Both the position numbers and the translations under genes were made by a program. Of a DNA stretch of 64,000 nt, positions 47,901-54,246 are shown piece after piece (the first letter of the stretch is position 1; every line of letters begins with the position of its first letter). Origin of the DNA: Akkermansia sp. GTDB lineage: Bacteria > Verrucomicrobiota > Verrucomicrobiia > Limisphaerales > SIBH01. Where the stretch lies: positions 1 to 64,000 of the forward strand of contig JAYVNY010000057.1 of assembly GCA_043758205.1 (NCBI GenBank), given 5' to 3'. Below the pieces are notes generated by a model. It saw only the letters and a program-made list of their open reading frames with translations. It was not told the origin of the DNA and ran no database searches.

Positions 47901-48658
47901 TGACCTTCGACGTCACGAACAGTGGCGGGCTGAGCACGAACTGCCAGATCACCGTGTCGGTCCTCGACACGAACGCGCCGAGCGTGACCTGTCCGGCGAA
48001 TATTGTCACCGAGGCCACCGGCCCGTCGGGACGCGTCGTGACTTACGCGCCGTCCGGATCGGATAACTGCACGCTCGCTTCGCTCGTCGCCAACCCGGCC
48101 TCCGGCTCGACCTTCCCGCTCGGCGTTACCGTCGTGACCGTCACGGCCACCGATAACAGCGGCAACACCAACGCCTGCACCTTCACCGTCACCGTGCAGG
48201 ACACCACGGCCCCGGTCATCACCTGCCCGACGAACATCACCACCGCCTGCACCAGCACGAACGGCGCGGTTGTGAATTACACCGTCACCTCGGTTGACCA
48301 GGTGGACCCGAACCCGACGCTCATCGTCACGCCGCCCTCTGGCTCGACCTTCGCGCCTGGCACGAACCTCGTGACCGCGCTCACGTATGACGCGGCGGGC
48401 AACACCAACACCTGCTCGTTCCTCGTCATCGTGCAGGATCAAACCCCGGCCATCTTGAGCATCAACAAGGTCGGAACGAACGTCGTGGTCTGTTATCCGC
48501 AGACCTGCACGCCGTATGTGCTCGAAGGCGCGACTGACCTCACGCCGCCGATTTCGTGGACCCCGGTGGGTCTGCCCGCGAGCGCGGTGGGCGCGGACTT
48601 CTGCGTCACCATTCCGGCGGATCTGCCCTATAACTTCTTCCGCCTGCGCAAGCCGTAA
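38915..48658 (+). CDS. Giant (3247 aa) secreted adhesin-like protein: ~6 N-terminal Ig-like domains, LamG/concanavalin-like domains, three PA14 domains, further Ig-like domains, three HYR domains, conserved C-terminal ~70-aa beta-sandwich ending FFRLRKP
   Basis: Signal MQTIRILALVLALVSVSRA; Ig-like Y-x-W-R-K/T-N/D-G repeats (YVWRKDG, YTWRKNG, YQWRTNG, YQWSKNG, YQWRLNG); PA14 (GYFLPPTNGNYRFYTRSDDSCEFYMN; GLFMPPSNGLYQFYVRGDDGTRLYMN); HYR (VTCPANIVTEATGPSGRVVTYAPSGSDNC; ITCPTNITTACTSTNGAVVNYTV). Confidence 0.85.
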   Translation: MQTIRILALVLALVSVSRAALPTIDTQPASSTNCPGTTATFTVTASSDSSTNYQWYFNVTNAVADATNASYAVVGVAASNAGGYSVVVANNDGSVTSVVAQLVVNVATTASGPANTSVCVNGTTVLTTTPGGTGPFTYVWRKDGGAPLGSVGNTHTISGATLGDAGVYSVEVSGSCNSVTNSATLTVNPLPSVAVNSVTVCSNNPGVLTATTGAANPAYLWTPGGQTTASVTNTPISTTVYTVLVTDGVTGCTNSGSGTITVQPRTTSTALANQTNCPASSITFSTTAGGTGPFTYTWRKNGTVVQGPNGTSSYNIPSAVAADSGTYSVETAGSCNTVTNSAFLQIIAAPVITTQPANFTTPMGNGATFTVVATTVNSTVGPLSYQWRTNGVNVTGATSSSFSISNVSLSLNGLQVSCRVSSCGGVTLSSAATLTITPITGISFDFNTPGQYTNAPYNLFGNDWVNTAIVNAQPFGPILPFEQPTGGVGVATGGGVLDLIHNNGSDQTSLLVPVTYDFSLPGKSLTASIMIKVKLGISLNRATQLGFVAITNLPSLNNTMQGIAANNGQGFMSVILQSTVTNQSPPLLGYSLRAQVKATNGTVATEYLPVNTPTNSLSSNNWYRLVAKFVNTRTTNSSAATNLNTFTIEATLQDMGSNGMIPGPIVLAYTPITCISNLDFVYHNSLFFAVRGIETGGVDYWDNLFVSTTPGNVFFVQQPTNTTVLQGRWTTLYAMVDGDGPYTYQWSKNGTPIPGAGNWKYQTPQVTTADNGAVYTVTVTSTNNSITSAGATLTVTPDTLDVLSVGSVDGGLIGLRFDQPVAPGSAEIAGNYLINGTPALSAKLRVFNPLNPMQQLRTNQTEVLLVPASPVAGSFTVTVSGVTSISGTALGANNSAVGSVLGLTSFDVDPQAIRFSRPEISGAQVSTLPGYTYSFAPNQLELVSGGHDVFGNFDGFHFAYKQITGDFDLKVRVPYVDLVRTPTKAGFDARISLDADAPNVGVFADPALPGRNFAEAGARTNYNQATVSWGNNATLTYPNAWIRFRRAGNTFLRYSSTNGIFWQFDGQFSPSSPGSQGMQFPDTLFVGVAGNCNVGGGTIQQYAVSQYDQYGDFAGYANALLTIAAQPNLGQTNVAGNSTNLNGLMVTFTTNGVTVPATLGEMAFIWQRANGLGGWTNLPTAGLTASNLVTGALFGNDNGAQYRAIVRAPGALSVTSAVVTMTVIDLTPPTVVSVLMPSNSPNQVIVYFSEKVSDATALNTANYRLTNLLTGVTYTIARAQSYLGDNRTVILTINGPLPPSPRYSLGVSGVQDLGGQTVATTAPSFAMTGMGLVNSVEVDYYGSLANSSSLADLTGNIKFINNQPDWIMYSNSMNMGGGAFAFPASTPLLGDNYGVKMFTYFIAPSNSQYVFWWKADDYAQFSMTTNPAATGGTTNPLFKTSAPILTANVPIFTNANTFITPPLTAGQAYYTELLYKEGGGGDGGVIFVTMGGTTNAIPLGNSIAPTYLWSFPDAVARPPKMLMEFYTGLNNVGQVGQSGNGNLPDLQWVTNFQNVVAGTPNGIGYVNISGYSTNLGNTSLDAYLGRLRGYFLPPTNGNYRFYTRSDDSCEFYMNTNAVNSTDPAGRSFLRAQFAFTNITQLWQTPVVTLTGGQLYYIEGIFREGAGGDGMTIAVSGGDEPAPTGGLDLIPQSMLVFPTNLDRVGPVNFNQAGSAGGLAPMNPTVTDGQKITFQARGLAGSAPYLGFIFAKNGVQMQSCPTVTYPANAPYFWVSPPFTAADNGAVITLTVTNYFSSVTVTSIVTVLADNTAPTIVSAVSSQYGGQVLITFSENVDSTTATRAGNYSIPGLTVYAAWRDDVNPNRVSLQTSPQTPGTTYTVTINGVKDLSTGGNAMSGASKSFTTWGFGGLGTAYVEIFTNIASTSPDFFFNDPKGVYNMPDISYYTNTFSISQFGAHGGLEFYAGRVSGLFMPPSNGLYQFYVRGDDGTRLYMNTNGPAPADKVLVARNDGANSGPVGASSGYITGTANGRVGNSATPVLSLTNGTPYYLEGIMKEGGGGDYLMVVMRALDPLTLLPIGGLPLTPAATDVVSGGFFQATGNPDINQLVVISAPPTELTVFENDLVNLELVANAIPPSLTPYITYQWQRTNDGSGTFTNIPNATTASYSFYASLSDDSTHYRLRATIPGQTVFFSTLLHVLVDTVPPYIVSVSARTPINGKQLVGLAWDGPTDPGIATDPSGYYAVDEFSTTVNFVTVQYRPGFPNQLLLQVDETSGILIGNFTIYRDFMQDRAAVPNPAFNLTATGAVQRLSEQIVGTIGSIAAGGYNANAPGLGFVGLATPTEMFTVTNAGWDVSANGWDIWNNADGFLFGHREVTGNFDIKTRLQKFTGADQWSKAGLMVRPSTNSNSRMFFMGTTPRTTPIAGQVPNNFFAAQYRDLDGGAPGNVQNAVPPGYPNAWVRLQRSNSVFYGYWSTNGTDWNVLFSRDFSGTIAGGFPDTVLVGLGTCSHDQTRSLANNAYVEYRNLYFPNGAVILTQPEPAFVEVGIHQSVTFSNLTASGAGVRYQWRLNGAAITDATNASLTLPNTAVGQSGIYTVAAYTDGGGQISSNVVLSVTNVLPTVVNDSLTATQGMVRTFPASFLLANDSDFELDPLSVLSVFYPHTLATNFDGGAFSGSVMYGNATNVSTGGTGDSGRIRLNDALASQAGSVVFNEVTPGARVLAFRAAFNLRIAEGSAEPADGFSFNFAGDLPNAATGARASEDGLGSGFSFCVDNYRFLPFVGVGAAAGSGASTTANTSGMKVNYGNIVRAGVQAPTWNNTAYIPVDITLESNGRLTVLVNGTNVFGTFTIPWVPQAGRFGFFARTGGQLESHSIDDLNISYIAEDTQRGGLLTYTNGVVAYSPPSIGCGLDRFFYIASDGQVGGTNVGTVTVNIVSSNAPVIVSCAANQTYYVSGGCTVNLPNLTGGLVVTDCGTYTITQSPAAGTALGLGNTIVTFDVTNSGGLSTNCQITVSVLDTNAPSVTCPANIVTEATGPSGRVVTYAPSGSDNCTLASLVANPASGSTFPLGVTVVTVTATDNSGNTNACTFTVTVQDTTAPVITCPTNITTACTSTNGAVVNYTVTSVDQVDPNPTLIVTPPSGSTFAPGTNLVTALTYDAAGNTNTCSFLVIVQDQTPAILSINKVGTNVVVCYPQTCTPYVLEGATDLTPPISWTPVGLPASAVGADFCVTIPADLPYNFFRLRKP

Positions 48659-48683
48659 GCGGCGGAACGGCTGAAAATTCACC

Positions 48684-48717
48684 AGAGGCCGGGCGCAAGC
48701 CCGGCCTCTTTTTTTGT
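48684..48717 (+). terminator. Rho-independent terminator of adhesin gene
   Basis: agaggccgggc-gcaa-gcccggcctct followed by ttttttt. Confidence 0.8.
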
Positions 48718-48751
48718 GGGGGCATGGAAAAGGCGGTCGCTTTAGCCAGAA

Positions 48752-48960
48752 CACCGAAGTGGCGGCGGCGCAGCCGCCGGGGTGGCACAGGCAACCTGCC
48801 TGTGCCGCGCGGCTACCAGCCGCGCGGAACGGGGGAGGACGCAGGAAAGTTTTGCTGCGCCCATTTCCTATTCACGCTCCATCCCATTCCGCCCGGCTGG
48901 TAGCCGGGCGGGACGGGCTGGTAGCCCGTTCCACCCGTTCCGATTTCGGAGTTCGGGTTT
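48752..48960 (+). repeat. MITE-like element copy A (upstream of ffh), ~210 bp, imperfect terminal inverted repeats
   Basis: ccgaagtggcggcggcgcagccgccggggtggcacaggcaacctgcctgtgccgcgcggctaccagcc....ccgcccggctggtagccgggcgggacgggctggtagcccgttccacccgttccgatttcggagttcgggtt; ~90% identical to copy B. Confidence 0.75.
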
Positions 48961-49060
48961 AGCTCCGCTTTCCGATGGGGTAAATGCCACAGGGCCTCCG
49001 GGGTGCCCCGCCGTCTTTCGCCATTGGCTTTTGGAAATTTCTCCGTACGCTCCCGCGCCT

Positions 49061-50392
49061 ATGTTCGACAGCCTGACCAACAAGTTGCAGAAGGTTTTCA
49101 AAGACCTGCGCGGCATGGGCAAAATCACCGACGACAACGTGGCTGGCTCGCTGCGCGAAGTGCGCATGGCGTTGCTCGAAGCCGACGTGAACTTCAAAGT
49201 CGCGCGCGACTTCATCGAGCGCGTGAAGGAAAAGGCGCTCGGCGCAGAAGTCATCCAGAGCGTTCATCCCGGTCAGCAGATCGTCAAAGTCATCTACGAC
49301 GAACTGGTCGCGCTGCTCGGCTCGGAGAATGCCGCGCTGAACCTCACCGGCAACCCCGCCATCATTCTCATGTGCGGCCTGCACGGCTCGGGCAAAACCA
49401 CTTCCAGCGGCAAGCTCGCGCGCCTGCTCGCCAAGCAGGGGCGCACGCCGCTCCTCGTGGCGGCGGACGTGTACCGACCGGCGGCGATGGAACAGCTCGC
49501 CACGCTCGGACAACAGGTGGACGTGCCGGTCTTCGTGATGCAGGGCGAGACGGACGTGTTGAAAATCGCGCGCGAGGCGCTGGCTTTTGCGAAGGAGAAC
49601 CACCGCGCCACGATCATTTTCGACACGGCGGGCCGGTTGCAGATTGATGAAGTGCTGGTGCAGGAGCTGGTGAAGCTGCGCGACTTCATCCAGCCGCAGG
49701 AAATTCTGCTCGTGCTCGACGCCGCCACCGGCCAGGAGGCGGTGAATGTTGCGACGCATTTCGATCAGGCGCTGAAGATTACCGGCAGCATTCTCACCAA
49801 GCTCGACGGCGACGCACGCGGCGGCGCGGCCTTGAGCATGAAGACGGTCACGGGCCAGCCCATCAAATTCATGGGCGTGGGCGAGAAGCCCGAGGACTTC
49901 GAGCCGTTCCACCCCGAGCGCATGGCGTCGCGCATCCTCGGCATGGGTGACGTGGTCAGTCTCGTCGAACGCGCGGCGGAGGCGGTGGACGTAGATGAGG
50001 CCGCACGCATGGAGGAGAAAATGCGCAAGGGGCAGTTCTCGCTCGAAGATTTTCTCGACCAGATGCGCGCGATGAAAAAGCTCGGCTCGCTCCAGAGCAT
50101 CGTGGGCATGTTGCCCGGCGGCGACAAGATCACCTCTGAGCAACTGGATCAGCAGGGAAAAGAATTCAAGCGGATGGAAGGCATCATCTGCGCCATGACG
50201 ATCAAGGAGCGGCAGAATCCCAACCTGCTCAACGCCAAGCGCCGGCTGCGCATCGCCGCCGGCAGCGGCGTGAAAGTCGCCGAGGTCAACACGCTGATGA
50301 ACAAGTTCGCGCAGATGCAGCAGATGATGAAGAAGTTCAGCAAGATGCAGAAGATGATGGGCCGCATGGGCGGGATGCCGGGGATGCGGTAA
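49061..50392 (+). CDS. ffh: Signal recognition particle protein Ffh
   Basis: MFDSLTNKLQKVFKDLRGMGKITDDNV.., GTPase ..MCGLHGSGKTTSSGKLA.., ..TKLDGDARGGAALS.., Met-rich M domain ..MNKFAQMQQMMKKFSKMQKMMGRMGGMPGM. Confidence 0.95.
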   Translation: MFDSLTNKLQKVFKDLRGMGKITDDNVAGSLREVRMALLEADVNFKVARDFIERVKEKALGAEVIQSVHPGQQIVKVIYDELVALLGSENAALNLTGNPAIILMCGLHGSGKTTSSGKLARLLAKQGRTPLLVAADVYRPAAMEQLATLGQQVDVPVFVMQGETDVLKIAREALAFAKENHRATIIFDTAGRLQIDEVLVQELVKLRDFIQPQEILLVLDAATGQEAVNVATHFDQALKITGSILTKLDGDARGGAALSMKTVTGQPIKFMGVGEKPEDFEPFHPERMASRILGMGDVVSLVERAAEAVDVDEAARMEEKMRKGQFSLEDFLDQMRAMKKLGSLQSIVGMLPGGDKITSEQLDQQGKEFKRMEGIICAMTIKERQNPNLLNAKRRLRIAAGSGVKVAEVNTLMNKFAQMQQMMKKFSKMQKMMGRMGGMPGMR

Positions 50393-50450
50393 CGGGCATG
50401 AACGGTCGCGCGATGGGCGCGCGGCGTTCCCGCCGCTTCACGGTGCGGAG

Positions 50451-50680
50451 GGTTCAACCCGAACTCCGAAGTCGGGGGGCGTAGCCGCCGGGGTAGCACA
50501 GGCAACCTGCCAGTGCCGCGCGGCGACCAGCCGCGCGGAACGGAGGAGGACGCAGGAAAGTTTTGTTGCGCCCATTTCCCATCCACGCCCCTCCCATTCC
50601 GCCCGGCTGGTAGCCGGGCGGGACGGGCTGGTAGCCCGTTCCACCCGTTCCGTTTTCGGAGTTCGGGTTCAAGCGTTCTC
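50451..50680 (+). repeat. MITE-like element copy B (downstream of ffh), ~15-bp terminal inverted repeats aacccgaactccgaa / ttcggagttcgggtt
   Basis: Near-identical to copy A, same orientation. Confidence 0.8.
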
Positions 50681-50787
50681 CCGCGACGAGCGCTGAAGCG
50701 GCATGAATGCCGCGCTCCGTTCTGCGAGCCGGAAATTGAGTTGAGTTTCCTCGCGCCTTCACGCATCACGCGGGACAAACTTCTGCC

Positions 50788-51738
50788 ATGCAACGCGACA
50801 TCGTCACCGTCCAAAGTTTCTACACCGCCCATGCGGACGAACTGGAACTCAAGCTCATCGCCGGTGCGGCGGGATTGAAGCGCATCATCCGCGAGCCGAC
50901 CGTGAACCGGCCCGGTCTCGCGCTTGCGGCCTTCACCAAGTATTTCGCGAACAAACGCGTGCAGGTCATGGGCAATGCCGAGCTGCACTTCCTCAAATCA
51001 TTGCCGCAACCGGGACGCGAGGCGCGCTACGATCAGTTGTTCAAATACAAAATCCCCTGCGTCGTCTTCTCGCGCGGTTATCTCCCGGACAAAGCCTTTC
51101 TCCGCATCGCCGAGCGACATGACGTGCCGGTGTTCAAGACGCCGCTCATCACCATGAAGTTCATCAACCGCGCCACGCTCGCGCTGGAGGGCATGTTCGC
51201 CCCGCGCGGCAGCGAGATGGGCAGCATGATCGACATCCTCGGCGTGGGCGTGATCATCAAGGGCGAGAGCGGCATCGGAAAAAGCGAGTGCGTGCTCGCG
51301 CTGCTCGAACGCGGCTACAGCCTCGTGGCCGACGACATCACCCGCGTGCAGCTCATTGACGGGCGCGACGTGATGGGCACCTGCTCGGAACTGACGCGGC
51401 ATCACATGGAAGTGCGCGGCATCGGCATCATCAACGTGCAGGCCATGTTCGGCGTGCGCGCGGTGCGGGATGAGAAGCGCGTGGACCTCGTCATCACTTT
51501 GAAGGAATGGAGCCAGGTGCCGGACGTGGACCGCGTGGGCATGGAGGAAAAGTACACGCAAATTCTCGGGGCGAACATTCCGCACATGATCATTCCCGTG
51601 CGGCCGGGACGAGACCTCGCGCGGCTCGTCGAGGTGGCGGCGTTTCAAACCAAGCTGAAGCAATCCGGCTACAATCCGGCGAAGGAATTGAACGACATGC
51701 TCATCGCGCGCATGAAGCAGCAGCAAAAGGGGATTTGA
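50788..51738 (+). CDS. hprK: HPr kinase/phosphorylase
   Basis: ..GVGVIIKGESGIGKSECVLALLERGYSLVADD.. Walker A and HprK core, ..MEVRGIGIINV.. Confidence 0.9.
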   Translation: MQRDIVTVQSFYTAHADELELKLIAGAAGLKRIIREPTVNRPGLALAAFTKYFANKRVQVMGNAELHFLKSLPQPGREARYDQLFKYKIPCVVFSRGYLPDKAFLRIAERHDVPVFKTPLITMKFINRATLALEGMFAPRGSEMGSMIDILGVGVIIKGESGIGKSECVLALLERGYSLVADDITRVQLIDGRDVMGTCSELTRHHMEVRGIGIINVQAMFGVRAVRDEKRVDLVITLKEWSQVPDVDRVGMEEKYTQILGANIPHMIIPVRPGRDLARLVEVAAFQTKLKQSGYNPAKELNDMLIARMKQQQKGI

Positions 51739-51830
51739 AGCGGGCCGGGCTGGCCAAATCGAGTCGCAGCAGAAGCCCTGAAAAAAAATTGGATTTGCCA
51801 TGCGACGACGAGCTAGCCTCGTCAAAACAA

Positions 51831-52133
51831 ATGAGTGCGGGAAAACTAACTGGGAACACGGCCAACAAGGTGAGGAAAGAATTGGTGGTCGCCAACAAGC
51901 TCGGCATTCACGCCCGGCCCGCCGCCATGTTCGTCAAGACCGCCAACCAGTTTGACTGCGACGTCTTCGTCGAGAAGGACGGCGAGACCGTGAACGGCAA
52001 AAGCATCATGGGTCTGATGATGCTGGCCGCCGGTCCTGGCTGCAAAATCCGCATCCACGCCGACGGGGCGGACGCGCTCCGCGCCGTGCAGGAGATCGAG
52101 GCGCTTCTGAAGCGGAAGTTCGACGAGGATTGA
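51831..52133 (+). CDS. ptsH: HPr-like phosphocarrier protein (start uncertain: ATG 51831 or GTG ~51870)
   Basis: ..LVVANKLGIHARPAAMFVKTANQFDCDVFVEKDGETVNGKSIMGLMMLAAGPGCKIRIHADGADA.. (active-site His in GIHARPA). Confidence 0.75.
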   Translation: MSAGKLTGNTANKVRKELVVANKLGIHARPAAMFVKTANQFDCDVFVEKDGETVNGKSIMGLMMLAAGPGCKIRIHADGADALRAVQEIEALLKRKFDED

Positions 52134-52138
52134 TCAGC

Positions 52139-52194
52139 GTGCCGCCAGCGTCTCGCTGGTCGGTCGGGTTTCGCCAGCGGGACGCTGGCGGCAC
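52139..52194. terminator. Bidirectional hairpin between ptsH (+) and HAD gene (-)
   Basis: gtgccgccagcgtc ... gacgctggcggcac 14-bp perfect arms. Confidence 0.4.
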
Positions 52195-52196
52195 GT

Positions 52197-53066
52197 TCAC
52201 TTCCCGCCCGCCAGTTGCAAATAGTGCTCCAGCCCCCGCGCCACGCCGTGGCCGCACGGCTGATGGCTGATGAACCCGCCCACCTTCCGCACCAACTCCT
52301 TGATCGGCTCTATCGCATTCGACGGACACACCACGCACTTCGCGTATTGCCCCGCGAGCATTGGCACGTCGTTGTAGTGATCGCCCGCGGCGAGTGTTTC
52401 CTCGGCAGAGACGCCGAGCATTCGTCCGAGTTCGGACAGCGCCGTCCCCTTGTTGAAATCAACGTGGCTGAAACGTGAATAGACATCGTTCCGCACCACG
52501 GTCAGGCCGGGCACTTCCGTGGTGTAGTCCTCCATCATTTTTTGGATCGCATCCATCTCGTCATTCGAGTCGGCGATGATGCAGAAGGGCGAATACGAAT
52601 CCGCGTACACCGTGGCGCGCTGGCGGACGTTCACCCAGTCGGCGAGGCGCGGCACATCTTGCGCGACCCGCGCGAACAACTCGGCGTGCGTCGCGCGGCA
52701 GCGGTTGTTCCACCCGACATGCTCCGTGTAGCGCGTCTCCTGATGGCAATAAATCTCGCGCTCCACCACCACCACGTAGTCCGGCTTGATGCGCAGCCGC
52801 GCGCGGCCCAGCGTCTCCATCAGGCTGCCGAGGTCGCGCCCGGTGTTGATGACCCACTTCGCGCCGCGCGTCTGGAGGGAGGATATCAGGTCCTGCAAAT
52901 CCGCCGGCACCGGCGGGTCTTCGTGCTCGGCGTGCAGCGTCCCGTCGAAATCAGTGGAGATGAGCTTGATGGGCAGCGCGCCGTTGAACGGCACGGCGGA
53001 TGAGAAGCGAACCGGAGCGAAACGCTCCGCCTCGACGTTGCCGGGATTTTTTTGAAACAAGGCCAT
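52197..53066 (-). CDS. HAD-superfamily Cof-type (IIB) phosphatase
   Basis: Start at MALFQKNPG..; ..IKLISTDFDGTLH.. (DxDGT), ..AGDHYNDVPML.. (GDxxND). Confidence 0.8.
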   Translation of the reverse strand: MALFQKNPGNVEAERFAPVRFSSAVPFNGALPIKLISTDFDGTLHAEHEDPPVPADLQDLISSLQTRGAKWVINTGRDLGSLMETLGRARLRIKPDYVVVVEREIYCHQETRYTEHVGWNNRCRATHAELFARVAQDVPRLADWVNVRQRATVYADSYSPFCIIADSNDEMDAIQKMMEDYTTEVPGLTVVRNDVYSRFSHVDFNKGTALSELGRMLGVSAEETLAAGDHYNDVPMLAGQYAKCVVCPSNAIEPIKELVRKVGGFISHQPCGHGVARGLEHYLQLAGGK

Positions 53067-53171
53067 TTGAAAATTGAGGCGGTAAAATCGCGGGCGGGCG
53101 GGGAATGTCAATCGCGCTGACGCGGGCGGCAGGGCCAACGCATCCGAATGCTTTGCTTCATCCGGGCTTCA

Positions 53172-53244
53172 ATTCGTCTGCCCCAATTCGTCTGCCGATT
53201 TTCATTCCGGCCACGGGGAGGCAGACGAATTGGGGCAGACGAAT
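53172..53244. repeat. Perfect 25-bp inverted repeat (53172-53196 / 53220-53244), each arm itself a 13-bp tandem duplication (caattcgtctgcc x2), 23-bp spacer
   Basis: caattcgtctgccccaattcgtctgcc gattttcattccggccacgggga ggcagacgaattggggcagacgaat. Confidence 0.6.
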
Positions 53245-53324
53245 GGGAAAACCTTGTTGCTGATCCCCAGTTCCTCGCACCTCACGATTAGCTTTGCTGC
53301 GTTAGCCCGGCAACTTGCTTCTCC

Positions 53325-54146
53325 TCACCGTCCGCCGGGGAAATCCTTCTCGTATCTCCGCAGCAACGCCGGCACGTCATTGGTCAGCACGTAGAGCTTG
53401 GCGCGAATGATTTTTGTCTCGCCCGCCTTCAACCCGCCGATGCGTGGGTCGCTGTGCAGGCACACGTACACGCCCTCGAACAATTCATGCGTCGCATCCG
53501 ACGCCGTGGCCAGCAACTGCCGCCCGTCCGCGCTGAAGCAGCCGATGAGTCCGTTCACCGGGCGGTCGAGGGACAGTGGGCGCGGGTTCGCGTCGTTCGT
53601 GTTCACGCCGGGCAGCACATAAACTTGTCCGCCTCGGTACAGCGCCTCTTCCGTGCGCCGCGTGTCCGCGAGAGCCATCAATCCGCGCTCGGTGAAGATG
53701 AACGATTTCGACGTGTAGTTGCTCTGGACGCAGCCGGTGAACTTCTCCACCCGCACGCACGCGGGCTGGAACCATGACACGTCCGCATCCTGCGCGCCGT
53801 GATTCACCAGCGTGAACTGGAAAGCAATTTCGTCCACGCCCGCCGTCACCGTGTGCGTCACCTCTACATTTGTCTGCACGAGCGTGCGGAACCGCAGGAC
53901 GCGCTGCTGTTCGTTCGTGAGCAAGGCCGTCCGGTGCGGCAGCGTGGTGCGATTCCACGCCTGCGTATGCGCGCCGCTGCGGCAGAAGGCTTCGAGATAC
54001 CAAATCTCCAACCGGCCGCCTGGGAGGCGGGCGCCGGTGACCGTGAGCAAATTGTTGGTCCACGCGAGGCTGAACTGCGCGCCGGCCGAGTGGGCGAAGA
54101 GGCAGATGACCACGAAGCAGGCGGCGAAGCGTCCGGCGGTTTTCAT
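53325..54146 (-). CDS. Secreted hypothetical protein
   Basis: ORF 53325..54413 trimmed to MKTAGRFAACFVVICLFAHSAGA (signal peptide); no catalytic motif recognised. Confidence 0.5.
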   Translation of the reverse strand: MKTAGRFAACFVVICLFAHSAGAQFSLAWTNNLLTVTGARLPGGRLEIWYLEAFCRSGAHTQAWNRTTLPHRTALLTNEQQRVLRFRTLVQTNVEVTHTVTAGVDEIAFQFTLVNHGAQDADVSWFQPACVRVEKFTGCVQSNYTSKSFIFTERGLMALADTRRTEEALYRGGQVYVLPGVNTNDANPRPLSLDRPVNGLIGCFSADGRQLLATASDATHELFEGVYVCLHSDPRIGGLKAGETKIIRAKLYVLTNDVPALLRRYEKDFPGGR

Positions 54147-54246
54147 CGCGCGAGTGAACCCGAGGCCGGGCGCGGGCGCAACTGGTGCGTGATTGCCGGT
54201 TGCGGTTTTCCCGCCGGTTGTTTCTACTCCGCCACTCGTTTTGAGA

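Noticed and set aside
48752-50680. Possibility that the repeats flanking ffh are SRP RNA (ffs) or another housekeeping sRNA
   Set aside because: No resemblance to the conserved SRP RNA domain IV; four dispersed copies with terminal inverted repeats fit a MITE better
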